From the NCBI GenBank assembly GCA_964602975.1, contig CAZRTH010000001.1, positions 5,385 through 69,384 of the forward strand: a stretch of 64,000 bases of DNA. The letters are read 5' to 3'. The number at the start of each line of letters is the position of its first letter. The first letter of the stretch is position 1. The notes beneath the pieces are model-generated. The model worked only from the letters and a program-made list of their open reading frames with translations. It was not told the DNA's origin and ran no database searches. The position numbers were made by a program, and so were the translations under genes. This DNA comes from an uncultured Candidatus Saccharibacteria bacterium. Its GTDB lineage: Bacteria > Patescibacteriota > Minisyncoccia > Phycocordibacterales > JBBTRF01. Shown here in pieces: positions 36,518-45,877 of the stretch.

Positions 36518-38845
36518 ATGAAAATGTTCTTAAAAATGACAAAGTCCTGTCGCCCCCACCCAAGCCACCAAGCAGGGCAGGTAATGATCGCCTCGGTCAT
36601 CTTTTTCCTTGGTATTGGCTTGGCGATCGTTGCCGGAGTGTCGCAGACGACTCTTCGAGATATCCAGTCTAGCCAAAATCTGCTGAAATCTCGCGAGAGC
36701 TACGCAGTGGCCGAAGCATTGCACGAGGATGTTCTCTATCGTTTGCAAAATGGCATGACCGTCAGCACAAATGAGAGTCTATCGCTCAATGGCTACAGTG
36801 CCTCCACTACGATCGCCGATGTATCAGGTGGCAAGCAGGTGACCAGTGCCGGCGACCGGGACAATTTTATTAAAAAGGTGAGCTCCTTTGTGCTCACCGG
36901 CAGCGGAGTATCCTTCAATTACGGCGTGCAAGCAGGGGAAGGGGGAATCGAACTGCAAAACACTTCTTCTATCCAAGGCAATGTCTATTCAAACGGCCCT
37001 GTCACCGGCTCGGCAGCAGTGAACAACGGCAACGCCTCGAATCCCGGTCTTTCCGGATCGGTGACCGTTTCAGGTGCTTCGCAGGGCGGCGCGGCCAGCT
37101 TTGATTTTTCCGCCGATGGTCGCTATGCCTATGTTCTGAGCTCGAATAGCTTTCAGATCGTGGATCTCAATGATCCAACCAATCCGGCAGTCGTTGGGTC
37201 GGTAACCACCAACTACACCTCGAATCCGTACCACAATACCTTGATCACTTCCGGAAATTATTTGTATATCACTTCTCTCAACTCAAGCAATGTGGATATC
37301 TACAACATCGCTTCGCCGACCAGCCCTTCGCTCGTGAGTCAGCTACCGCTCGGCAGTCCAGGAAAGAATCCGCGCATCGCCAACGGCTACCTCTACGTGC
37401 CGAATTTCAACAGCAACACGACAAAGATCGTCAATATTTCCAATCCACTCCAAGCAAGTGTTGTAGGCACGATCACCACCGTCAGCAGTCCAGTATGGGT
37501 GACTATTTCCGGAAATTATCTCTACATCGGGCATGACCTGAACGGCAACTATGGCAGCATTTACGCGTACACGCTCGACAATCCAGCCAGCCCCACATAC
37601 GCAGGGGTGATGCCTGCCGGTACGATGTATAGCCGCACCTATCCGCCCTATATCGCCAGCTCGTACATGTACGTGATGTCATATATTCTGAGCGGCATGT
37701 ATGTGGTGAGCCTATCGAATCCGGCTGTGCCGACGGTGGTGTACGCTACTGCCGCGAATAGCATTTTGGAGCCGCAATCTATCGACGGTAATGCCGGCTA
37801 TCTGTATATTGGCGTCTACAATAGCCACAACACCAACCAGCGTTCGCTCGATACCTGGAGCTTGTCTTCTCCGGCCGCACCAGTGAAAATTTCCAGCAAT
37901 GGTATCTCCAGCAGCAACGGCGGACCTACGACGGTGAAGGTGAAAAACGGTGCAGTCTTTCTACTCAACGGCGCAAACAATGCTTCTAGCGCCTTCCAAT
38001 CCTACGGCGCGATGGGTTCTGGTGGAAATACGATCACAGGCACAGTGGTTTCGGCTGGGCCAACAGGTAGCGTGACTCGTATCAACGCCGCGAGCACCGC
38101 CGGTTCTATGTACGCCAAGACGATCACCGATTCGGTCATCACCAAGGACGCCTACTATCAAACCATCTCTGGTTCGAGTGTGGGAGGCGTGTCCTATCCG
38201 GGCAGCGCCAATCAAGCGACTTCGAGTTTTCCGATCTCCGACGAAACGCTTGATCAGTGGGAAGCTGATGCTGCCGCTGGAGGAGTGATCACAACTCCGT
38301 GCCCGTATCAGGTGACTTCGACGGTGACCCTCGGTCCAGTGAAGATAAACTGCGATCTGGAGATCAGCAACGATGGCGTGGTGAACTTAGCAGGGATGGT
38401 CTGGGTGAAGGGGGATGTTTCCATGAAGAATACTTCGACGGTTAACATCAGCCCCTCCATCTCCAGCCATACCGCCGCGATTATCTCCGATGATCCCGCT
38501 AATCGCAACACTAAAGGAAAGATGGATCTCTCGAACTCAGCGACCTTCCTCGGTTCCGGAAATAATTCGTATGTCATGCTTGTCTCGCGCAACACAAGCG
38601 CCTCGGCCGGCGGCGGGGAAGTTGGCATTGAAATCTCCAACTCCATCAATGGAAAGGCCCTCATGTACGCTCCTTATGGCTTGATCGAGATTCAAAACAA
38701 CGTCAGCTTGAAGGAGGCCACCGGCTGGAAGCTTCGTTTAAAGAATAGCTCTTCAGTGATATACGAATCCGGCCTAGCCAATCTGCTCTTTACCTCTGGC
38801 CCGTCTGGCGGATATCAGATCGATTCGTGGCAGGAGATTCAATAA
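36518..38845 (+). CDS. large pilus-associated surface protein with LVIVD-type beta-propeller repeats (PilX/PilY1-like position)
   Basis: 775 aa; N-terminal TM; at least 5 repeats of GNYLYI...(V/I)D..N(I/L)SNP..P..V (LVIVD-like); Ser/Thr/Asn-rich. Confidence 0.7.
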   Translation: MKMFLKMTKSCRPHPSHQAGQVMIASVIFFLGIGLAIVAGVSQTTLRDIQSSQNLLKSRESYAVAEALHEDVLYRLQNGMTVSTNESLSLNGYSASTTIADVSGGKQVTSAGDRDNFIKKVSSFVLTGSGVSFNYGVQAGEGGIELQNTSSIQGNVYSNGPVTGSAAVNNGNASNPGLSGSVTVSGASQGGAASFDFSADGRYAYVLSSNSFQIVDLNDPTNPAVVGSVTTNYTSNPYHNTLITSGNYLYITSLNSSNVDIYNIASPTSPSLVSQLPLGSPGKNPRIANGYLYVPNFNSNTTKIVNISNPLQASVVGTITTVSSPVWVTISGNYLYIGHDLNGNYGSIYAYTLDNPASPTYAGVMPAGTMYSRTYPPYIASSYMYVMSYILSGMYVVSLSNPAVPTVVYATAANSILEPQSIDGNAGYLYIGVYNSHNTNQRSLDTWSLSSPAAPVKISSNGISSSNGGPTTVKVKNGAVFLLNGANNASSAFQSYGAMGSGGNTITGTVVSAGPTGSVTRINAASTAGSMYAKTITDSVITKDAYYQTISGSSVGGVSYPGSANQATSSFPISDETLDQWEADAAAGGVITTPCPYQVTSTVTLGPVKINCDLEISNDGVVNLAGMVWVKGDVSMKNTSTVNISPSISSHTAAIISDDPANRNTKGKMDLSNSATFLGSGNNSYVMLVSRNTSASAGGGEVGIEISNSINGKALMYAPYGLIEIQNNVSLKEATGWKLRLKNSSSVIYESGLANLLFTSGPSGGYQIDSWQEIQ

Positions 38846-38934
38846 TTGACAGATCATGTAAAACAAAAGTCCGGACCTCCCACTGGAGTCCGGAACTAGA
38901 AAGAATACTGATCTTTTGACCGAAACCGTGCTGA

Positions 38935-39318
38935 CTATCGCCGACTTCCGGCAATGACCGTGCCGTGGCGGTAGAAGCGCTTCATCGCACCCTTGTGCCG
39001 ATCGCCATTGTTACGGAATGGCTCCCTGACCTTCTTCGGCCCGATACTGACCTTTCCGCCGCCCATGCGGCGCTGTTCGAGCCGTTCTTGGTGACGTAGC
39101 CGCTTCGCCTTTTCGTGAGCCTTGCGCCGCATTTTCGCCATGTTGGTCTTGAGGCCGTATTTGCCCTGTGGAAGTTCAGGGCGGGGGACCTGCTTGTGAG
39201 CCCGCGAAGGTGCCGGCGGCGTATTCTGCCGCGACTTCGCCTTGATCGGGCTGTGCGAGGTGTGCATGATGGCCGAGTCGGAAGACCCGCTGCCGCTGTC
39301 AGTTGCCGAGATGCTCAT
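38935..39318 (-). CDS. hypothetical highly basic protein (127 aa)
   Basis: Lys/Arg-rich; high-GC region with ORFs on both strands, so the call is tentative. Confidence 0.35.
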   Translation of the reverse strand: MSISATDSGSGSSDSAIMHTSHSPIKAKSRQNTPPAPSRAHKQVPRPELPQGKYGLKTNMAKMRRKAHEKAKRLRHQERLEQRRMGGGKVSIGPKKVREPFRNNGDRHKGAMKRFYRHGTVIAGSRR

Positions 39319-39394
39319 AATCTATTGTGCCTTGATGCGTGGCTTGTTTACTGCTCGCATCTATTGTGTAGCCAATGAAAATGCTATCACAGTG

Positions 39395-39721
39395 TTATCT
39401 CTCTGACAAATCGGAACGATCGGCGGCTGGACCGTACCGTTCCGGCCGCTCGTCTTGGCGGTCTTCGTGATCCTTGGTCCAATCCCTTCGTGTGTCCGGC
39501 TCACGCAGTTTTCGAGCGAAGCGATTCCTTTCCGGACTCGGTTCGGAACTCGTTTCTGAATTCGCTAAGGGCTTCCGGTACTCAGGAGCATTTTTGACTA
39601 CTTCTCGCATGCGCTCGAACGCCTCTTTTGCTTCAGTGGCCTTTCGAGCTGTTTCGGCCGCTTTCGCCGTCTTTTTATCGGCGTTTTCGTCAAACAGCAG
39701 GATTTGTTCAGCTCCGGACAT
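39395..39721 (-). CDS. hypothetical charged protein (108 aa)
   Basis: Between the yqeY-like gene and the basic ORF on the same strand; no domain. Confidence 0.35.
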   Translation of the reverse strand: MSGAEQILLFDENADKKTAKAAETARKATEAKEAFERMREVVKNAPEYRKPLANSETSSEPSPERNRFARKLREPDTRRDWTKDHEDRQDERPERYGPAADRSDLSER

Positions 39722-39735
39722 GTGTGTATTGAGAA

Positions 39736-40194
39736 TTATTTCACTAAGCTCTCAACGACTTCCTTCACCAGTGCGCCGTCTGCTTTGCCTTTGAATTCTT
39801 TCATCAACGAGCCCATGAATTGACCTAGCTTTGCCTTGTCGAGTGTGCCGACACCGACAAAATCGATCTTTGCTTTGACGATTTTTTCGATCTCCGCACG
39901 GCTCATCATCTGCGACAGAAAGGTTTCGAGGATCGCAAGCTCGGATTTTTCCGCGGCCACCAGGTCCTGACGGCCGCCTTTGCCAAATTGCTCGATCGAA
40001 TCTTTGCGCTGTTTCACTGCTCGTTTGATCAGCGCCATTACCTCCTCGTCGGGGAGGTGTGGTCCGGTGAGTTTCTTCGCGACGAGTTCGTTCATAAAGG
40101 AAGCCAGTAGCCCGCGGAGCACGGAGAGCCGCACTGCATCCTTCTTCATCATCGCCTCCTTCATCTTTGTCTGAATGGTTTCGTGTATGTTCAT
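39736..40194 (-). CDS. GatB/YqeY-domain protein
   Basis: MNIHETIQTKMKEAMMKKDAVRLSVLRGLLASF...KQRKDSIEQFGKGGRQDLVAAEKSELAILETFL matches the YqeY family closely; start at the internal ATG 40194. Confidence 0.8.
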   Translation of the reverse strand: MNIHETIQTKMKEAMMKKDAVRLSVLRGLLASFMNELVAKKLTGPHLPDEEVMALIKRAVKQRKDSIEQFGKGGRQDLVAAEKSELAILETFLSQMMSRAEIEKIVKAKIDFVGVGTLDKAKLGQFMGSLMKEFKGKADGALVKEVVESLVK

Positions 40195-40273
40195 GGTGAT
40201 CTCAGTATACCGCCGTTCCTGAAAATGGGGAATATCCTTCCGATTTTGTGCAGATATTTGATATACTAGTGCC

Positions 40274-41389
40274 ATGTCGCAGACATTGGTCGTCTTGTTG
40301 GTTGCGGTTGCCGTTCTTTTGCTGGCCGGCAACGGTTTTTTGATCTGGAAATTGCTGAAGGGCAAAGAAGAGGCCGATGAACCAAAAGAAGACACCGGTC
40401 TCAAGCTGCTTCTCCAGCAGATGAACGAGCTTTCTCGGGTGGTGGACAGCAAGGTCACTGAGCTGAACCGCACGGTGGACTCAAAGATGAACGAAAGCGC
40501 GCGGCATATGAACGATTCGATCCGCAATCAGTTTGGCGAGTCGGCCAAGCTCATCCGCGAAGTCACGCAAGGCCTCACCAAGCTTGATGAGACCAATCGT
40601 CAAGTGGTCTCGTTTGCTGATCAGCTCCAGGGCTTGCAAGATATTTTGAAAAATCCGAAGCAGCGAGGTGTCCTCGGCGAGTATTATCTCGAGACGTTGC
40701 TGAAGAATGTGCTGCCGCCTGGGCAGTACCAGATGCAGTATGCTTTTGCCAACGGCGAGATCGTGGATGCGGCTGTGTTTGTGAAAGACAAGGTGATCCC
40801 GATCGACTCTAAGTTTTCACTTGAGAACTACAACCGCATGGTGGAGACACGCGACGCTGCAGAAAAGGAGCGCTTGAAGAAGTTGTTTGAGAACGATCTG
40901 AAACTGCGCATCCAGGAGACCTCGAAATACATCCGGCCGAACGAAGGCACGATGGACTTTGCCTTCATGTTCATCCCGCACGAAGCCATCTACTACGATC
41001 TGCTGGTGAATACGATCGGTGCAGGCACAGGCGGCGCAGATGGTGATGAAAATCTCATCCAACGCGCGGCAGGGAAGTACAAGGTCATCATTGTCTCGCC
41101 GACTTCCTTCCTAGCCTATCTCCAGACGGTTTTGCAGGGTTTGAAGGCAATGCAGATCGAGGAGCAGGCTAAGGACATCGTGAAGCGCGTGTCCGAGCTC
41201 GGCAAGCATTTGAAGGGGTATGAGGAGTATCACGCCAAGATCGGGAACTCTCTCGCTACCGTGATCAATCATTACAACAACTCTGGAAAGGAATTCAAGA
41301 AGATCGACAAGGACGTCATGCGTATCACCGGCACTGCTGTGGGGATCGAGACATTAGTCCTCGACAGGCCTGAGACTGAGGAGGTATAA
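40274..41389 (+). CDS. rmuC: DNA recombination protein RmuC
   Basis: N-terminal TM, long coiled coil, conserved FMFIPHEAIYYDLL region. Confidence 0.8.
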   Translation: MSQTLVVLLVAVAVLLLAGNGFLIWKLLKGKEEADEPKEDTGLKLLLQQMNELSRVVDSKVTELNRTVDSKMNESARHMNDSIRNQFGESAKLIREVTQGLTKLDETNRQVVSFADQLQGLQDILKNPKQRGVLGEYYLETLLKNVLPPGQYQMQYAFANGEIVDAAVFVKDKVIPIDSKFSLENYNRMVETRDAAEKERLKKLFENDLKLRIQETSKYIRPNEGTMDFAFMFIPHEAIYYDLLVNTIGAGTGGADGDENLIQRAAGKYKVIIVSPTSFLAYLQTVLQGLKAMQIEEQAKDIVKRVSELGKHLKGYEEYHAKIGNSLATVINHYNNSGKEFKKIDKDVMRITGTAVGIETLVLDRPETEEV

Positions 41390-41578
41390 TACTGACAGTC
41401 TGGTCTCGTCGGGCTCCTAAGTAAGGGGCCAGCAGGGAGGCGATTCACGAGGCATGCAGTCATCCCCGCCTCATTCGTCAGCTAAGTTGTAAGCGCGAAA
41501 AATCAGACATAGACCCATAGAAATCCTGCGACCTGTCGCTCGCCATAGTGACTGGTTCGAGGAGCCCGACACATCGGT

Positions 41579-41623
41579 GCCCGCAAGCGCGCGACCCACT
41601 CGCGCTTGCGGGCCTTTTATTTT
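41579..41623 (+). promoter_or_regulatory. strong hairpin plus U-tract (terminator/attenuator) 62 nt upstream of rplU
   Basis: gcccgcaagcgcg-cgacccact-cgcgcttgcgggc then cttttatttt; lies in a 290-bp leader. Confidence 0.5.
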
Positions 41624-41685
41624 GGTCGCCAGTCACCGTATACGCCACTTGCCTTTATTCCGCTTTTGTGTAGAATAGTGAAACT

Positions 41686-42003
41686 ATGAACGAATTTGCA
41701 GTAATCCAGACGGGCGGCAAGCAGTACAAGGTCTCTGTCGGAGACGTTGTTTCTATTGAGAAGCTCGACGCCGTAAAAGTAGGCGACAAGGTCACTTTTG
41801 ACAAGGTTCTGCTTACCGACAACGGCAAGGAGACTGTCGTAGGTGCTCCATTTATCGCTGGCGCGAAGGTTACTGGCGTTCTCGCCTCAGAAGGCCGAGC
41901 GAAGAAGATCGACGTCATCCACTACAAGCAGAAGAGCCGATATTTCAAGAAAAATGGCCACCGACAGCCGTTCGTGACCGTGAAGATCGAGGCGGTAAAG
42001 TAA
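41686..42003 (+). CDS. rplU: 50S ribosomal protein L21
   Basis: MNEFAVIQTGGKQYKVSVGDVV...; 105 aa. Confidence 0.9.
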   Translation: MNEFAVIQTGGKQYKVSVGDVVSIEKLDAVKVGDKVTFDKVLLTDNGKETVVGAPFIAGAKVTGVLASEGRAKKIDVIHYKQKSRYFKKNGHRQPFVTVKIEAVK

Positions 42004-42009
42004 AGCGTG

Positions 42010-42735
42010 TTACTCACTCTTCTGCCTCCCGCGCAACGCGTTTTTGACGGTTTCGGTGTCGGAATATTCGAGCTCGAGACCGGTGGACAAACCACGGCCG
42101 AGCACGCTCACAGTAAGGCCATATTTGGCCACCAATGGGGCTAAAATGCCCTGTATATAATGCTGAGTGTGCTCACCCTCAGGCGTAAGATTGAAGGCCA
42201 AAATCACCTCCTTGAGCCTTTTTGAGGCTTCTGGCACAGCAGGGCTGGCTTGTCCTGGGCCTCCTTGAACAGGGCCGTCGTCATCAAAATTATCGGGGTC
42301 GAGAGGGTCGTATTCCGGTTTTCCCGCAATCTTCTCCACACGCTTTGCCAGCTCACGGGAGCGCACACGCTGCTCGGGATCTTTTTCCAAGATCGGCACT
42401 GAGCCACCGAGAATAAAATATTTACCTTCATAGGTGTGACTCTTTTCGATATTTTCAAAATCCACATCGCGGCCTACCACCAACAATGTTTCTTCGGATC
42501 GACGCGGATCAGCGCAAATCACGCAGATATCGGATACTTTTGCGCCAAGGGGAAAGAAGCGGTAGCAGGCAGAGCAAACACGGATCTGCTTTTTGAGCTC
42601 GAGCACCAGGGTGGCGAGCTGAGAACGATACGCCTCGCTCTGTCCGAGCAAGAAATACACAAAACGCTTCGCTTGCCGCGGGCCAATGCCGGGAAATTGC
42701 CGAAATTGCTCGATGAGTTTACTAATAGTGTCCAT
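42010..42735 (-). CDS. recR: recombination protein RecR (with about 60-aa low-complexity insertion)
   Basis: HhH QFPGIGPRQAKR, C4 zinc finger CSACYRF...CVICAD, Toprim; acidic/Pro-rich insert. Confidence 0.85.
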   Translation of the reverse strand: MDTISKLIEQFRQFPGIGPRQAKRFVYFLLGQSEAYRSQLATLVLELKKQIRVCSACYRFFPLGAKVSDICVICADPRRSEETLLVVGRDVDFENIEKSHTYEGKYFILGGSVPILEKDPEQRVRSRELAKRVEKIAGKPEYDPLDPDNFDDDGPVQGGPGQASPAVPEASKRLKEVILAFNLTPEGEHTQHYIQGILAPLVAKYGLTVSVLGRGLSTGLELEYSDTETVKNALRGRQKSE

Positions 42736-42751
42736 TGAGGACGATTATACC

Positions 42752-44125
42752 TTAAAAGTCGTTCCCTCCGACAGCCGCACCGAAGTCCCCGAAATCAGAT
42801 TTTTCAATACTCTGGAATGTCGTCTTTTTGTCGTCGAAGTAGAGCTCCACAACACCAGTCGGACCATTTCGATGCTTCTCGATCATGATCTTCGCGATAT
42901 TTGGCCGGCCGGAATCTTTGTTGTACTTGTCTTCGCGATGGATGAACAAAACGATGTCCGCATCCTGCTCGATGCTTCCGGAATCGCGAAGGTCCGACAA
43001 CCGAGGCTCGCCACCGCGCTGCTCCACAGCTCGAGAGAGTTGGGAAAGAGCGATCACTGGCACCCTGAGTTCCTTGGCAAGCTGTTTTAGAGAGCGGGAG
43101 ATCTCGGTGGTTTGTTGGACGAGATTATCGTTGTTCTTGGTCTGTGTCGGGGTCATCAGCTGGAGGTAGTCGACGATGATGAGGCCGAGTCCTTTTTCTT
43201 TTTTCAGCTTGCGAGCTACCGAGCGCATCTTGAGAATATTGTTTCCAGCTTGGTCGTCGATATAGATCGGCGCACGGGAGAGGCGGTCCATCGCTTCGCG
43301 GAGACGGACAAAATCTTCTTCAGCAGCGATGCGGCCGTTGCGCAAGCTCCAAGAATCGATCTGAGACTCCGCAGACAACATACGATCCACGAGAGACTGT
43401 GCCGACATTTCGAGCGAGAAAATGGCGACAGCAGTGTTGTGATTGATCGCGGTCTTGCGAGCAAAATCGAGCGCCAACGATGTCTTACCCATCGAAGGTC
43501 GTGCTGCGAGGATGATCAGGTCGGATTCCTGAAAGCCGGAGAGCTTGTTGTCGAGCTCTCTAAAGCCGGTCGGCACACCGCGCAGTTCGCCTTTGTTGTG
43601 AGACAACTTGTCGAAGCGCTCCCAGGCTTCATTCAGTGTGTCTTTGATGGCCACCACTTTGTGGCCATTGTCAAAACTCGTCACTTCAAAGACCCGCTTT
43701 TCTGCTTTGTCGAGCAGTTCATTAATTTCCGATGATTCGTCGTATCCGAGGCCGGAGATGAATTCCGAAGCATCGATGAGTTGGCGCATCATGAATTTGT
43801 TCTTCACCGCAGTGCCGTAGTGGACAATGTTGGCGGAGGAGGGCACGGCGTTTGCGAGCTCGGCGATATAACTGGCGCCGCCCACTTGGTCGAGCTGGTT
43901 GTTCTCACGCAGGCGGGTGGTGAGGGTGAGCATGTCGATGGGCGTGTTCTTGGTGAAGAGCTCCATCATCGAGCGGAAGATGATGCGATGCTTTTCGGAA
44001 TAGAAGACGCGGTCGTTGATCGAGTCGTTGATCTCGTGCATCGCGTCGGAGCGGAGCATAATCGAACCGAGCAACGCTTTTTCAGCGTCGAGGTTCTGTG
44101 GAGGCACGCGAAGGTTTGTGGCCAT
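42752..44125 (-). CDS. dnaB: replicative DNA helicase DnaB
   Basis: 457 aa; Walker A ARPSMGKTSLAL; RecA-like C-domain; no intein. Confidence 0.9.
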   Translation of the reverse strand: MATNLRVPPQNLDAEKALLGSIMLRSDAMHEINDSINDRVFYSEKHRIIFRSMMELFTKNTPIDMLTLTTRLRENNQLDQVGGASYIAELANAVPSSANIVHYGTAVKNKFMMRQLIDASEFISGLGYDESSEINELLDKAEKRVFEVTSFDNGHKVVAIKDTLNEAWERFDKLSHNKGELRGVPTGFRELDNKLSGFQESDLIILAARPSMGKTSLALDFARKTAINHNTAVAIFSLEMSAQSLVDRMLSAESQIDSWSLRNGRIAAEEDFVRLREAMDRLSRAPIYIDDQAGNNILKMRSVARKLKKEKGLGLIIVDYLQLMTPTQTKNNDNLVQQTTEISRSLKQLAKELRVPVIALSQLSRAVEQRGGEPRLSDLRDSGSIEQDADIVLFIHREDKYNKDSGRPNIAKIMIEKHRNGPTGVVELYFDDKKTTFQSIEKSDFGDFGAAVGGNDF

Positions 44126-44258
44126 TGGGCTATTCTACCTTTTGGCGGTGGGGCAGGGCAATGGGCGATCGATAGGCAAAATGGAATAACGTGTGGAGAG
44201 GGTGGGGATAGGGTGGCGTGCCCATGGACAGGGGTGGCGCGCAGATAAAAAGAGTAGG

Positions 44259-44305
44259 TACGGATTTGTCATACTTTCCTCATACTTTCGTATGACAAAT
44301 CCGTA
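44259..44305. repeat. palindromic intergenic repeat element, copy 2 (inverted relative to copy 1)
   Basis: cggatttgtcatac-tttcctcatactttc-gtatgacaaatccg; the loop is the reverse complement of the copy 1 loop. Confidence 0.8.
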
Positions 44306-44365
44306 GGTACTCCAAAATGCCGGCAGACACCCCCCGCAGCTTAAAAAACAGCTTAATATATAGCA

Positions 44366-45850
44366 CTACTTCTTCTCTAACTTGCTTCCCTCGTTTGTGT
44401 CTATAACATCGTAGCCTTTTTCCTTCAGCATCGCTCGAAGTTCATCTGAACGCTTGAAATCTTTTTGCTGACGAGCGAGGTCGCGGTCTTTTTGGAGCTG
44501 GAGAATATCAGGCGGAGCAGTGAGTGGCTGAACTGTCGAGGTCGCCAAAAGCTTGAGGCCGAGCGCGTGATTGAATTCTTTGATCGCACTCAATTTTTCT
44601 TCGTTGCTGATCGAGACGTCTTTCAACATATCCCACATAGTCGCGATCGCTTTTGGCGTGTTGAGGTCGTCATTAATCAAGTCGACGAAAGCAGTTTTGT
44701 AGGTTGCGGCAGTTGCCGTAGCTGCTGTAGGTGACCGTAATGCCTGTACCTGCTCAAGTAGTCTTTCATACGCCGTCTGCGCGCCTTTGACGGCCTCCCA
44801 GGTGAAATTCATCTGCGTGTGATATGAAGCGCCGAGTAGCCAATAGCGAAAACCGAGCGGCGTGACGTCGTGTGAGGTAAGGTCTTTCAAGTAGATAGTG
44901 TTGCTAAGCGACTTTGAGATCTTTTGTCCGTCAATGAGTAGATGGGCGTTGTGGAGCCAGAAGCGGGCGAATGGCCGGCCGGTCGAGGCTTCAGATTGAG
45001 CGATCTCGTTGTTGTGATGAGTGGGGATGTGGTCGATACCGCCGGTGTGGATGTCGATTGTCCGGCCGAGCAGCTTCATGGCCATCGCCGAACACTCGAT
45101 ATGCCAGCCTGGAAAGCCGACGCCCCACGGCGATGGCCATTCCTGATCGCGTTTCTGTGTGACGGTTCCGCTTGTCGCCGTTTCATTTGTTGTATTTGAA
45201 AACTTCCATAACGCAAAGTCGGTCAGATTTCGCTTTTCTGCGTTTGTGGCGACGCGATGACCTTCAGCTAGGCCCGCAAGGTCGATATTGCCAAGCCTGC
45301 CGTATTTGGGAAATTTGACCGTGTCGAAATAGATACCGTCCGAGGTTTTGTAGGTGAACCCGTGCTTCTCGAGCTGTTCGATGAGGGCGATTTGCTCGGG
45401 AATATAGCCAGTTGCGCGAGGGAATAGGGTAGCAGGGGAGTGGACACCGTTTTTTGTTGGATCGCTTTCGATATTTAGCTCCTTCAACCCCTCAAAAAAC
45501 TCTCGTGTGTACTCATCCGAAATTTCTTTCGAAGATCGCTGTTGTTTTTGAGCGGCGAGCTGCATTTTGTCTTCGCCCTCGTCGCCGTCGCCGACAAGGT
45601 GGCCGACATCCGTGATATTGATGACCTGCTTCACCGCATACCCATTGAGTTCAAGCACGCGCTTCAATGTGTCGGCAAAAATATACGAACGATAGTTGCC
45701 GACATGGAGTGACTGGTACACCGTCGGTCCGCAGTTGTACATCGTGACCGTTTTCGCGGCGAGACCGATCCTGCTCAAAAAGCCTTTGCCTAAAGGGGCA
45801 AATGTTTCTTTCTGTTTGCTCAGTGTGTTGTAGAGGCGAATGTCAGACAT
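44366..45850 (-). CDS. cysS: cysteinyl-tRNA synthetase
   Basis: HIGH (SLHVGN) and KMSKS (KISKSLSN) motifs; 494 aa. Confidence 0.9.
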   Translation of the reverse strand: MSDIRLYNTLSKQKETFAPLGKGFLSRIGLAAKTVTMYNCGPTVYQSLHVGNYRSYIFADTLKRVLELNGYAVKQVINITDVGHLVGDGDEGEDKMQLAAQKQQRSSKEISDEYTREFFEGLKELNIESDPTKNGVHSPATLFPRATGYIPEQIALIEQLEKHGFTYKTSDGIYFDTVKFPKYGRLGNIDLAGLAEGHRVATNAEKRNLTDFALWKFSNTTNETATSGTVTQKRDQEWPSPWGVGFPGWHIECSAMAMKLLGRTIDIHTGGIDHIPTHHNNEIAQSEASTGRPFARFWLHNAHLLIDGQKISKSLSNTIYLKDLTSHDVTPLGFRYWLLGASYHTQMNFTWEAVKGAQTAYERLLEQVQALRSPTAATATAATYKTAFVDLINDDLNTPKAIATMWDMLKDVSISNEEKLSAIKEFNHALGLKLLATSTVQPLTAPPDILQLQKDRDLARQQKDFKRSDELRAMLKEKGYDVIDTNEGSKLEKK

Positions 45851-45877
45851 AAAAATATGCGTGCGGTAATTATACTG

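Noticed and set aside
38846-38934. Tandem self-complementary TCCGGA boxes after the LVIVD gene as a possible regulatory repeat
   Set aside because: Only a 6-bp stem and no U-tract; too weak to call as terminator or operator.
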